NCBI GenBank assembly: GCA_963708025.1
Contig: CAVPSB010000028.1
Span: 265 to 64,264, forward strand
Direction of reading: 5' to 3'
DNA: 64,000 nucleotides
From: an uncultured Candidatus Rokubacteria bacterium
GTDB taxonomy: Bacteria > Methylomirabilota > Methylomirabilia > Rokubacteriales > DASRDR01
Numbering within the stretch: the stretch's first letter is position 1; every line of letters begins with the position of its first letter. Positions 1 through 8,900 of this stretch are shown here, in pieces. The notes below the pieces were generated by a model. It did not search any database and had not been told where the DNA came from. It was given only the letters and a program-made list of their open reading frames with translations. The position numbers were made by a program, and so were the translations under genes.

Positions 1-174
1 GGGTGCCCTAAGTGGCCGGCATCGAGCAGTACGGGTCATGTCTTGCGCGATGCCGGGCGCCAGGCCCAGCTCGGCTTCGGCCCAGCGCTCGGCGGCACGA
101 AATCCGGACAGCGCGAACTGCCGCTCGGGGTAGAGCGTGTCGTCGAGATCGAACACCACGACATGGGCCGGCAT
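1..174 (-). CDS. HAD-family hydrolase, N-terminal part (runs off window start)
   Basis: Manual translation from ATG 174 gives MPAHVVVFDLDDTLYPERQF, containing HAD motif I (DxDxT). Not in the ORF track. Confidence 0.75.
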   Translation of the reverse strand, partial: MPAHVVVFDLDDTLYPERQFALSGFRAAERWAEAELGLAPGIAQDMTRTARCRPLRAP

Positions 175-198
175 GGGAAGCGACCTTTGAGGCCCAGC

Positions 199-1281
199 TC
201 AGCGAGGCCGCGCCACAGTGTGCAGATGCCAGACCGCGATGGCAAACACGGCCGCGGCGCCGGCCTGATGCAACAGGCCCAGCGACAACGGCACCTGCGC
301 CAGCAAGGTGGCGATGCCGAGCACGACCTGCAACAGCACGGCGCCCGCCAGAATAGCCGCGCTTCGGCGCATCCAAAGCGAGCCCGGTCCATTCTCGCGC
401 ATTGTCGCCCAAGCCTGCCAGAGCGCCGCAGCGGTCAGCAGATAGGCAGCGAGCCGGTGGTTGAACTGCACCGTCATCGCGTTCTCGAACAGGTTGGCGT
501 ACCAGGGCTCCATGATGAAGAGGCCGGCCGGCACGAGCTGCCCATCCATCAGCGGCCAGGTGTTATAGCCAAAGCCCGCCTTCATGCCGGCAACGAAGGC
601 GCCGAGCAGAATTTGCAGGAACGTCAGGCTCGAGAGCAGACCCGCGCCAAACCGCACCTTGCTGCTTGCTCTGTGCGCCGCGCGGTTCTCCTCGAGCGAG
701 AGCGCCGTCCAGATCAGCGCCCCGAGGATCAGGATGGCGAGCCCCAAATGGAGGGCGAGACGGTATTGGCTCACCGACACGCGCTCGGACAGGCCCGAGG
801 CCACCATGTACCAGCCGATCGCGCCCTGCAGGCCGCCGAGCAGGAACAGCCCCGCAAGCTTCGGCACCAACGAGCGCCGCACATAGCCCAGCGCCACGAA
901 CACCACGAACGGCACCAGGAAGGCCGCGCCCACCAGCCGGCCCAGAAAGCGGTGCCCCCACTCCCACCAGAAGATCGCCTTGAAGGCCTCGAGCGACATG
1001 CCGCGGTTGAGCTGGGTGTATTGCGGGATCTGCCGATACTTGGCGAACGCCTCCTGCCAATCGGCCTCGGTCAGCGGCGGGATAACGCCCATGATCGGCT
1101 TCCACTCGGTGATGGAAAGGCCCGAGCCCGTCAGCCGCGTCGCGCCCCCCACCGTGACCATCAGGAACACCAGCGCGGCCACGGCCAAGAGCCACACGCG
1201 CACGGCGCTGGTGCCGCGCTCGGGCGCGGACACGTCAGACCGGGTGAGGACGCCTTGGGTTGCCATGACGGCCCCAGTCAT
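199..1281 (-). CDS. ctaA: Heme A synthase (COX15/CtaA type 2)
   Basis: VGGATRLTGSGLSITEW, FWWEWGHRFLGR, YRLALHL, VQFNHR and LLHQ motifs, multiple TM helices. Start at 1281 or 1266. Confidence 0.95.
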   Translation of the reverse strand: MTGAVMATQGVLTRSDVSAPERGTSAVRVWLLAVAALVFLMVTVGGATRLTGSGLSITEWKPIMGVIPPLTEADWQEAFAKYRQIPQYTQLNRGMSLEAFKAIFWWEWGHRFLGRLVGAAFLVPFVVFVALGYVRRSLVPKLAGLFLLGGLQGAIGWYMVASGLSERVSVSQYRLALHLGLAILILGALIWTALSLEENRAAHRASSKVRFGAGLLSSLTFLQILLGAFVAGMKAGFGYNTWPLMDGQLVPAGLFIMEPWYANLFENAMTVQFNHRLAAYLLTAAALWQAWATMRENGPGSLWMRRSAAILAGAVLLQVVLGIATLLAQVPLSLGLLHQAGAAAVFAIAVWHLHTVARPR

Positions 1282-1730
1282 ACCCCCAAATCGCCCCCCG
1301 CCCATGCGACGCAAGCGCCGAGGTGCGGGTGCCCAGGGCCCGGCGGCAGCGAGCGAATGGGGGTCTAGCTGAGAGCAGAGGAATTTAGGCCGCGCACTCA
1401 TAGAGCAGCACGACGGTAGGTTTCGCGAATGTCCGCGGCTCACCTGAAACCCGATCAGCGCCAGAGCGACGCGGTACGACACGGATTGCCCCTCAGGCAT
1501 CATGCTGAGGCAGCAATTGTGAAACTCGTACGGGAGCTGAGCTTCTGGTATTTTGGGCGAATTCGCGTTCGACCGGCCACCCGCGCCGCCGCGGGTTGAT
1601 CAGAAGCTGTGTCGCGCTGGTAACAGCAACTGTCCGCTCGCAAGTTCGCCACCCGGCGTCGGCAGGGAGCGATTGCGAATTGGGATGGCCCTTGCTAACC
1701 ACTAGTCGGTATACTGCGTAGGAACCTTTC

Positions 1731-2294
1731 ATGTACCGTTTGCTTCTGCTGTTGGTATTGGCTGTGCTTGGAGGGTGTGCCAAACCGGGGCTTGAGGTCG
1801 CCAGCGTTACGGAGATACGGTCGAGCACGGGCAGCGGTGAAATCGACGTGTACGAGCCAAAGCGCCGGGCTGGCGACGCAGTGCCGGAGTTCGCGGGCGA
1901 GCAGCTCGTCGTGGTGGCGACCTACAAGAACACCGACGAGGGCGAGGTCGAGATGGCCGGGGCTACGTGCTCGCTGTCCGCAACAGGTTTCTCGGCAAGC
2001 ATGCGAAGCCCGGCGAAGGTGCGCGTGCCGCTCTATCGAGGGCAGTCGAGCACACTTGCGGTGACGTGCGAGATGCCCGGCTACAAGAAACGCATGGTGA
2101 CCGTGGCTCCTTACGACGCCACCCGTGAAAGGCGCCTGTCCAGCAGCGTCGGGGGCGGCGTCATTGGGGTACTAACGGTGGCGACAGTTGATGCGTTGGC
2201 TGACAACTCGAAAAACGAATGGCGCTACCCTCCCGCACGCGTTGTGCTTGAACCAAACGCTTCCGAGAAGGTGATAGACGGCAGGGGGCGCTAG
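1731..2294 (+). CDS. Hypothetical lipoprotein
   Basis: Signal peptide with lipobox LGGC; 187 aa. Confidence 0.75.
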   Translation: MYRLLLLLVLAVLGGCAKPGLEVASVTEIRSSTGSGEIDVYEPKRRAGDAVPEFAGEQLVVVATYKNTDEGEVEMAGATCSLSATGFSASMRSPAKVRVPLYRGQSSTLAVTCEMPGYKKRMVTVAPYDATRERRLSSSVGGGVIGVLTVATVDALADNSKNEWRYPPARVVLEPNASEKVIDGRGR

Positions 2295-2344
2295 CATTGT
2301 GCCTGAGCGATCGGCCTGCGGGAGCGGCGCAAGTGACCTGCGAC

Positions 2345-2620
2345 CTAATCCACCTTCAACCGCTGCCGCACCGCCTCGGCGACGTCGGCGGGGGAGGTCT
2401 GCATGAGCCGGTGCCAGTCGGCGGCGCGCTCGGCGACCCAGATGCTCACCGGATTGGAGGGGAGCGCTTGCGTCCAGCGCACGAGGCCGGCGGAGTTGAA
2501 CACGAGGAGCAGCAGGATGGCGTTGCAGGCGATGACGAGGAACGTCGAGGCGTGCGAGGCACGCAGGCCTTTCGCCAGGTCTTGCGTTCCGATCATCTCG
2601 TCTGGGCCGGGGCTCGCCAT
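2345..2620 (-). CDS. Small membrane-anchored hypothetical protein downstream of MBOAT
   Basis: GGAG RBS after the MBOAT stop; one hydrophobic helix. Confidence 0.6.
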   Translation of the reverse strand: MASPGPDEMIGTQDLAKGLRASHASTFLVIACNAILLLLVFNSAGLVRWTQALPSNPVSIWVAERAADWHRLMQTSPADVAEAVRQRLKVD

Positions 2621-2630
2621 GGGGGCTCCT

Positions 2631-2933
2631 TTAGAACTGGAAGTAGATGAAGGGCGCGCTGCCGTCGCCGCTGATGAACTCGATCACGATGAGCGCGATG
2701 CCGGCGAGCACGCCGATGACCCAGGTTGGCAGGCGGTGGTAGATGCGGTCGATCTCGCTCCAAGAGATCAGGCGGCGTGAGTTGGATGGCGAGCCCGAAC
2801 AGGATCAGGCTCGCGAGGAACGGCGATAGCAGCGCTGCGGGTTGGCGCCAATTGGCAAGGCCAGCGATCACGTCAAGCGCGCGGGCGAGGCTATCGGCGC
2901 GGAAGAAGATCCAGCACAAGCACACGAAGTGAA
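2631..2933 (-). pseudogene. MBOAT/AlgI-type O-acyltransferase, C-terminal fragment
   Basis: HFVCLCWIFFRA and terminal PFIYFQF* motifs. One frameshift near 2760; 5' part absent at a junction near 2935. Confidence 0.8.
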
Positions 2934-3000
2934 TTGTCCTGGCTCAGGTTGACGACCGTGCGCCGCATCGGGCCTCCTGTCTCGGCAAAGGGCGGAGGGG

Positions 3001-3987
3001 TCAGGACGGTGGGGAGTCCGGGAGGCCGGGCACCGCGGCCGGCCGGCCGAAGGTGGCTTCCACCAGCGACCGCGACCGGGCCGGGTCCACGCGGTTCGCC
3101 TGCTGGCAGGGCGCCATGTCGGCGAGGATCCGATCGGGGTCCTGCCACAGGCGATACTTCTTGAACCTGTCCTCGAACTCGATCCCGAGCGCTCGCGCGA
3201 ACACCGAGAGGTAGTGCTCGATGACGATCGGACGCTCGGCCTCGAAGCTGCAGAGGAGCCGCTGGCACCCGTGGTAGATCGTGGCAAGAGTGTCGGCGCC
3301 GGCGGCGAGGGCGCGATCGATCTCGTCCCGGACCAGGCCGTTCCAGACGTCGAGGCCGAGCCGCTCCTGTTCCGCGGGGCGGCAAATCCGCCCGAAGCGC
3401 TGGTCGGGCTCGATCGCGACGACCCGGAGTCCCGGCACCGCCGCCAGGAGCTGGCGCCCGGCCAGCCCCTCGCGGCGGCGGGAGGCGCTCTCGCAGTGGT
3501 AGTGGAGCGCGACGCGGGCCGGCACCTGACTGGAGAAGGTCAGCTCCGGCAGCCGGTTGACCAGGAACTCGGCGGGGAAGCGCGTCCGGAACGGCAGCTC
3601 GATCCCCTGGACCTCGTCGTAGAAGTAGATGCACGACGGACACCACATCAGCACCTCCTCGGGCTGGAAGCGCTGGAGCAGCTCGATGGTGCGGCGGCTC
3701 ATCCCGCCGGCGGCGGCGGTGTCGCCGTGCGAGTGGTGGACGATGCCGCAGCAGTACGTGGGGCCGCCGACCGCCACGTAGTCGAGCCCGAGCCGGTCGA
3801 AGATCGCCGTCACCGTCTGGATCATGTGCGAGGTGCGCAGGACGTTGCAGCCGAGGTAGAGCACGATCCGGTGAGGCTCGGGGTCGCGGCCAGGGGGTCC
3901 GATGCGCCACGTCCGCTCGCCCGGCAGGGTGGTGAGGTCGTGGGTCAGTGCGATCTCGCCGAAGAACTGCCCGTAGTCGTACGGCAT
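3001..3987 (-). CDS. CCG-domain (Fe-S)-binding protein (HdrB/GlpC-like)
   Basis: LYLGC, CCG, WCPSC and YHGC motifs; GGAGG RBS before ATG 3987. Confidence 0.8.
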   Translation of the reverse strand: MPYDYGQFFGEIALTHDLTTLPGERTWRIGPPGRDPEPHRIVLYLGCNVLRTSHMIQTVTAIFDRLGLDYVAVGGPTYCCGIVHHSHGDTAAAGGMSRRTIELLQRFQPEEVLMWCPSCIYFYDEVQGIELPFRTRFPAEFLVNRLPELTFSSQVPARVALHYHCESASRRREGLAGRQLLAAVPGLRVVAIEPDQRFGRICRPAEQERLGLDVWNGLVRDEIDRALAAGADTLATIYHGCQRLLCSFEAERPIVIEHYLSVFARALGIEFEDRFKKYRLWQDPDRILADMAPCQQANRVDPARSRSLVEATFGRPAAVPGLPDSPPS

Positions 3988-4027
3988 GGTCGGCCTCCGC
4001 GCCCGCGCGGGGACGGGCGTCACGCCG

Positions 4028-4056
4028 ATGGTAGGGCTCGCCGGCGACCCGGTCAA
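4028..4056 (-). promoter_or_regulatory. sigma70-type promoter of the Fe-S gene
   Basis: TTGACC-17 bp-TACCAT on the minus strand. Confidence 0.55.
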
Positions 4057-4094
4057 GGGACGATCCGCCTGGGGGCGGCCGATGCTTCGGCTCC

Positions 4095-5474
4095 TCAGTC
4101 GGAGGCAGCCACCGCGGCCGGAACTGGGGAAGCCCCAGCGGGCCGGGACGCGGGTGGATTCGCCGCGGGGTGCAGAACGTCGATCGCCCAGCCGAGGTCG
4201 AGCCGCTCGCCGAGCCAGCTCGGGCAGCCCGTCCGCGCGTGGATCGCCAGGCCGCGCGCTCGATTCGCCGTGACCAGCGCCCAGATCGGGTCGGCCGGCA
4301 CCGCCGGCGGCGCCGGGACCGCGGGGATCGGCCGGCCGCCCGGCGTGCGGAAGTGGAGCGTCCCGTCGGCGTCCCGCTCGACCTGGTAGCCCTCCTCGTG
4401 GACGGCGCCGTGATGCCGTCGACACAGCAGCGCGAGATTGTCCAGCCGCGTCGGGCCGCCGTTCGCCCAGTGGTGGAGGTGATGCCCCTGGGCGTGGCGC
4501 ACCCCGCAGCCGGGGAAGCGGCACCCCCGGTCCCGCGCCTGAAGCGCTCGGCGCAGCGCCGGCGGGATCGCCCGCGTCCGGCGCCCCACGTCGAGCACCT
4601 GCCCGTCTCCCGCGTGGCGCATGACCACCCGGGTCGCGTCACAGGCCAGGCGCCGCGACGTTTCTGCAGAAACGCGCACGCCGTCCTCGAGCGCCGACTG
4701 GCCCGGCTGGTCGGGGTCGGCCAGCACTGGAGCATCGACGTGGACCACGACCTGGTAGCGCTCACTCCCCGCGCCCGGATCGAGCCCCTGCGCGAGGGCC
4801 GTCTCCGCCACCAGCGCCAGGGCATCCGCCTGCTGCTGGCCGTGCGTCGGCAGGTCCCCGTCGGCCCCCGCCTCGGGTGTGGCCCGCGCCCGCGCGTACA
4901 GCGCCTCCCGCGCCGCCTCCAGCGCCCGCACGAGCACCGCCCCCACCTCCGGCTCCAGCCGTCCCCGCACCACCAGCATCCCGTCCTCGTCCGGGTACAC
5001 CTGGAGCGACCGGCCCCGGCGGCGCGCGGTCGCCTCCTGCGCCTCCACCTGCCGGTCCACCCGCCGCCACCCCCGCACGATCCGCTCCACGTGGGCCGCC
5101 GTCCCCGCCCGCCCCACCGCCAGGAGGCGCGCCTCGGTCTCCGGCGTGGCGACCCGCGTGAGGGCGCGAACCTTCGAGTACGACAGCTCCCCTCGCTCCA
5201 GGGCCGCCGCGAGCTGGGGCAGCGCGCCCAGCGCCCGCGCCACCCGCACCCGCTCCCGGGCCGCTCCCAGATCCAGCCCGACCCGCCAGCTCAACCATTC
5301 GGCGCACGAGCGGGCCCCGTTCGCCCAGCCGCCCCGCGCATCGAACCCGCGGAGCAGCGTCAGCAGCCGGGCGGTGGCGGCATCGAGGTGCGCGGAGAGC
5401 TCCGCGATCTCGTCGCCGAGCCGGTCGAGATCGGCCGCGGGGGACAATGGCGCGAGCGACGTCACAAGCTGCAT
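4095..5474 (-). CDS. DUF222 (13E12-like) protein with C-terminal HNH endonuclease
   Basis: RDRGCRFPGC...HHLHHWANGGPTRLDNLALLCRRHH; N-terminal helical DUF222-like region; GGAGG RBS. Confidence 0.9.
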   Translation of the reverse strand: MQLVTSLAPLSPAADLDRLGDEIAELSAHLDAATARLLTLLRGFDARGGWANGARSCAEWLSWRVGLDLGAARERVRVARALGALPQLAAALERGELSYSKVRALTRVATPETEARLLAVGRAGTAAHVERIVRGWRRVDRQVEAQEATARRRGRSLQVYPDEDGMLVVRGRLEPEVGAVLVRALEAAREALYARARATPEAGADGDLPTHGQQQADALALVAETALAQGLDPGAGSERYQVVVHVDAPVLADPDQPGQSALEDGVRVSAETSRRLACDATRVVMRHAGDGQVLDVGRRTRAIPPALRRALQARDRGCRFPGCGVRHAQGHHLHHWANGGPTRLDNLALLCRRHHGAVHEEGYQVERDADGTLHFRTPGGRPIPAVPAPPAVPADPIWALVTANRARGLAIHARTGCPSWLGERLDLGWAIDVLHPAANPPASRPAGASPVPAAVAASD

Positions 5475-5475
5475 G

Positions 5476-5576
5476 GCGAGCCTCCTGGCTCGCACTCTAT
5501 CACCCGAATTTCGGGCCCCCTGGGAGGCCGCCGAGCCGCAGGTTCCTTCCGGAGGAAGGATTTTTCATTCGGCGGC
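5476..5576 (-). promoter_or_regulatory. Structured leader/promoter region of the HNH gene
   Basis: RBS-sequestering inverted repeat 5476-5493, extended -10-like TGATAGAGT 5494-5502, palindrome CCCGAA-T-TTCGGG 5503-5515, nested hairpin 5527-5576. Confidence 0.5.
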
Positions 5577-5750
5577 GGTATCGCGCGCTGCCGAGGACCG
5601 GCACGGCCCGCTGGGGAGGAGTCACGGTCCAGGCCGCGACCCGCGGCGCGCGCTCGGCCGGAAACGTGTCAAGCAGAAAATGCGGCGGCGCCGGCTTCGC
5701 AAGCCGCTTGCGGCCCACTTCGCCTGGTCAGCGGCCGGAGCGCCCCGGCC

Positions 5751-6785
5751 TCACGCCGCGGCCCAGTGCTCCGAGAGCACCTCGGCCTGCTCCAGCACCG
5801 TCTGCGTCGCCTTCTCCTGCTTGTCGGGCGGATAGCCGTGCTTGCGCAGGATGCGCTTTACCAGGACGCGGAGCTGGGCCCGGACGTTCTCCCGCACCGC
5901 TCCTTGATCCCACCGATCAGTGCGGCCCGCAGGGTCTCCTCCACCGCGAAGTTCACCGCATGGAACTGGTGGTAGCCCGCCATCTTCTTCGCGAGCGCGC
6001 CGCCCAAGTCCTCGAACACGATGAAGTGCCGAACCAGGTTGAGGAACCGGCGCTTGTCGAACACGCCCTCGAGCACGACCTGCAGCTCTGCCAAACCGGG
6101 GTCCGCGTCCTCGCGCCCGGTGATCGTACGCCAGGGCTTGAACCACTCGCGCCCCGCCTCGAGCGCGCCGATCCGCGCCTGCAACCCGTCTGAGACCACG
6201 AGGGCCGCGTTGTAGGCAAAGAGTGACGGGATCTGCGCCTGGTAGGTCTGGAGCTGCTGGAAGGCCGTCCAGATCGTGGCGTCCTCGTCCGCCGCGTTCT
6301 TCAGCTCGATCACCGCCAGCGGCAGCCCGTTCACGAACAGCACGACGTCCGGGCGGCGCGTGTGCTGACCCTCGGAGACCGTGAGCTGGTTGACGGCCAG
6401 CCAGTCGTTGTTGTCCGGCACGGCGAAGTCGGGGACGCGAGCCTGGTCGCCGGTGATCGACCCATCCGGCTGGCGATACTCGACGTCCACGCCGTCGACG
6501 AGCATCCGGTGGACCCGCTCGGTTCCGGGTGACGAGGGTGGGCGCATCCATCCGGGTGAGCTTGCGGAACGCGTCGTCGAGCGCCTCCGGCGGCAAGCCC
6601 GGGTTGAGTCGGGCGAGCGCCTGCCGGAGGCGGCGCTCCAGCACCACGTCGCGGCACCGTGGGTCCGTCCGTTCCGCCCCGGGCTCGCCGGCGGCGATCG
6701 CCGGGCCGGCGAGGACGCGGTAGCCCAGGCCGTCCAGCCAGGCGAGCGCGGCCTCCTCGACGACGGATTCGGTGAACGCGGTCAT
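5751..6785 (-). pseudogene. hsdR: Type I restriction subunit R remnant (N-terminal nuclease joined to extreme C-terminus, helicase core deleted)
   Basis: [44 protein letters not shown], then directly [31 protein letters not shown]. Frameshift near 6525. Confidence 0.9.
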
Positions 6786-7982
6786 CCCGTCACCCAGTGC
6801 TCGGCCGGCCGGACGAGAAACTCCTCGATCCCGATGCCGTCGCCGCCCACGAGCAGGGTGCGCGCCCGTCCGTGCGCCGCGGCGAACGCCGCGAGCCCGG
6901 GCAGGGCGTCGCGGGCGCGTCCGCTCTTCACCTCGATGGCCGTGACCGCGCGGCCCGACACGCGTCACGAAGTCCACCTCGTGGTTGCCGTTCGCGCCAG
7001 TAGAAGAGCTCGCACGCGCCGGCCGCCGCGGCGTTCGCCAGATGCGCGCCCACCGCCGACTCGACCAGTCGACCCCAGAACATCCCGGTCGGCCGTCGCC
7101 TCCTCGAGCGTGAGCCCGGTCGGCGCCGTCATGAGCGCGGTGTTCAGCACCTGGAGCTTCGGACTCGAGCCGCGCTGTCGGACACGCCTCGCCGGCGTAC
7201 TTCTGCAGGCCCACCAGCATCCCCGCCGCGGCGAGCAGGTCCAGGTAGTGCGCCAGCGTCGTGGTGTTGCCGGCGTCGTGGAGCTGGCCGAGCATCTTGG
7301 TGTAGGACAGGATCTGCCCCGAGTAGCGACACCCCAGCTCGAACAGCCGGCGCAGGAGGGCGGGCTTGTCCACGCGCGAGAGCAGCAGGACGTCGCGCGA
7401 GATGGTGGTCTCGACCAGCGAGTCGAGAACGTAGCGCGCCCAGCGCGCCGGCTCGCCGATGAGCGGCGCCGCTCCCGGATAGCCGCCGTAGAAGAGGTAC
7501 TGCTCCAGCGAGAAGCCGAAGGCCTCCCGCATCTCGGCGCAGCGACCAGTGCGGCAGGTGCAGGACCTCGAAGCGCCCGGCCAGGCTCTCGGAGAGCCCG
7601 CGCTGGACGAGGAGCGGCGCGGAGCCGAGCAGGACCACCTTGAGCGGGCGCCGCGCGCGCGTGTCCTCGTCCCACAGGCGCTTCACGGACTCCGACCAGC
7701 GGGGATCTTCTGGATCTCGTCGAGGACCAGCACCGCCCCCGAGCGGCCGGAGTCCTGCGCTTCGAGCCGCGCCGCCTCCCACTGCTGGTCGAGCCACCCG
7801 GCGCCGCGCAGGGTGGGCTCGTCCGCGCTGGCGTACCGCGTGGGGAGGCCGGCGGCGTCAGTGACCCGCTGGACCAGGGTGGTCTTGCCCACCTGGCGCG
7901 GCCCGGCCACCACCTGGATGAAGCGGCGCGGCTCGGCGAGGCGCCGGGCGAGGATCGCGGCGTGGGGGCGTGAAAAGGCCAT
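6782..7982 (-). pseudogene. AAA_14/DUF4143 ATPase, several frameshifts (possibly sequencing error)
   Basis: GPRQVGKTT, LVLDEIQK, LLGSA, ESLAGRF, GGYPG, SSPK and EVDFV spread across frames. Stop overlaps the hsdR ATG (ATGA). Confidence 0.85.
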
Positions 7983-7992
7983 GCGCCAATTG

Positions 7993-8037
7993 CTCAGGAC
8001 GTTGAGTAATTTTACTCAATGCCCTGAGTACACGCAA
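7993..8037 (-). promoter_or_regulatory. Promoter with overlapping 36-bp palindrome (candidate operator) of the ATPase gene
   Basis: TTGCGT-17 bp-TAAAAT on the minus strand; CTCAGG-acg-TTGAGTAA-tt-TTACTCAA-tgc-CCTGAG. Confidence 0.65.
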
Positions 8038-8145
8038 TCTGGTGGTGCCGGGTCCCGGCGGCCCGAATCGCTCCTCTCGGCCGCAGACCCTCCGGCCGCG
8101 ATCGGCGGGCAAACAGCGCACATCACCGCGGTCAGGCGCGGCGAT

Positions 8146-8818
8146 TCAGGCGCTGACGCTGCCCGGCGCTGCCAGAAGAGACTCGATCGTCCGCCCCGTC
8201 ACGAGGGAGTAGAGCACCAGCGGGTCCCAGTCGGCGCCGTTCGGCCAGGTGATCGTTCCCAGCTCCGGGTTGACGCGCACACGGGCGAAGTAGGCCGGGT
8301 CACCGAGGGGAGCGAAGACGCCCTTGAAGTTGGCGCGATCGGCCGAGCTGCCGAGGCCGATGTCGCTGACGAGGTTGATGAGCTGGCCGAGCCGCTGCTT
8401 GTCGAGGCCGGGCCGCGCGTAGTCCTTGGGCAGCACGCCCTTGAGCGACGGATTGTCGCGCTCGATGGCGGCCATCGCGTCGTCCACGATCTTGCCGACG
8501 GTCGGCTGGGGCGCGCTGGCCTTGAGGTGAGACCAACGGGCCTCTTTCGGCACCCAGAAGATGCTCGACGCCCGGTACTCGTCGGGGTCCTCGGGGTCGG
8601 CGCCCTTGGCGCTCGGCGTCGAGCTGGGTGCGCCTGGCCTCGAACGCGTCGGAGATGTACTTGAGGAAGATCAGGCCCAGGACGACGTGCTTGTACTCCG
8701 CCGCGTCCATGTTGTTGCGGAGGGCGTCGGCGGCCTGCCAGAGCTTGGCCTCGAAGCCCAGGTTGGCGGCGGTGTCGGGCCTGGTCGAGCGGCGCGCGGC
8801 TCTCTTCCCTCCCGGCAT
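8146..8818 (-). pseudogene. hsdM: Type I R-M methyltransferase N-terminal fragment fused to a DUF2442-like C-terminal fragment
   Basis: [48 protein letters not shown]; from ~8331 [36 protein letters not shown]. Frameshift near 8610. Confidence 0.85.
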
Positions 8819-8900
8819 CGATCACCTCGGCCCAGGGCCACCCACTTGCCCGGCAGAATAGGTCACGGCGGGGGAAATCGCCAGCAACACACGCCCAGGA

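Noticed and set aside
4095-5474. HNH protein as IscB/Cas9 relative
   Set aside because: No RuvC motifs or PLMP domain; matches the DUF222-HNH architecture.
5667-5672. TTGACA on the minus strand as the HNH gene promoter
   Set aside because: No plausible -10 at 16-18 bp spacing.
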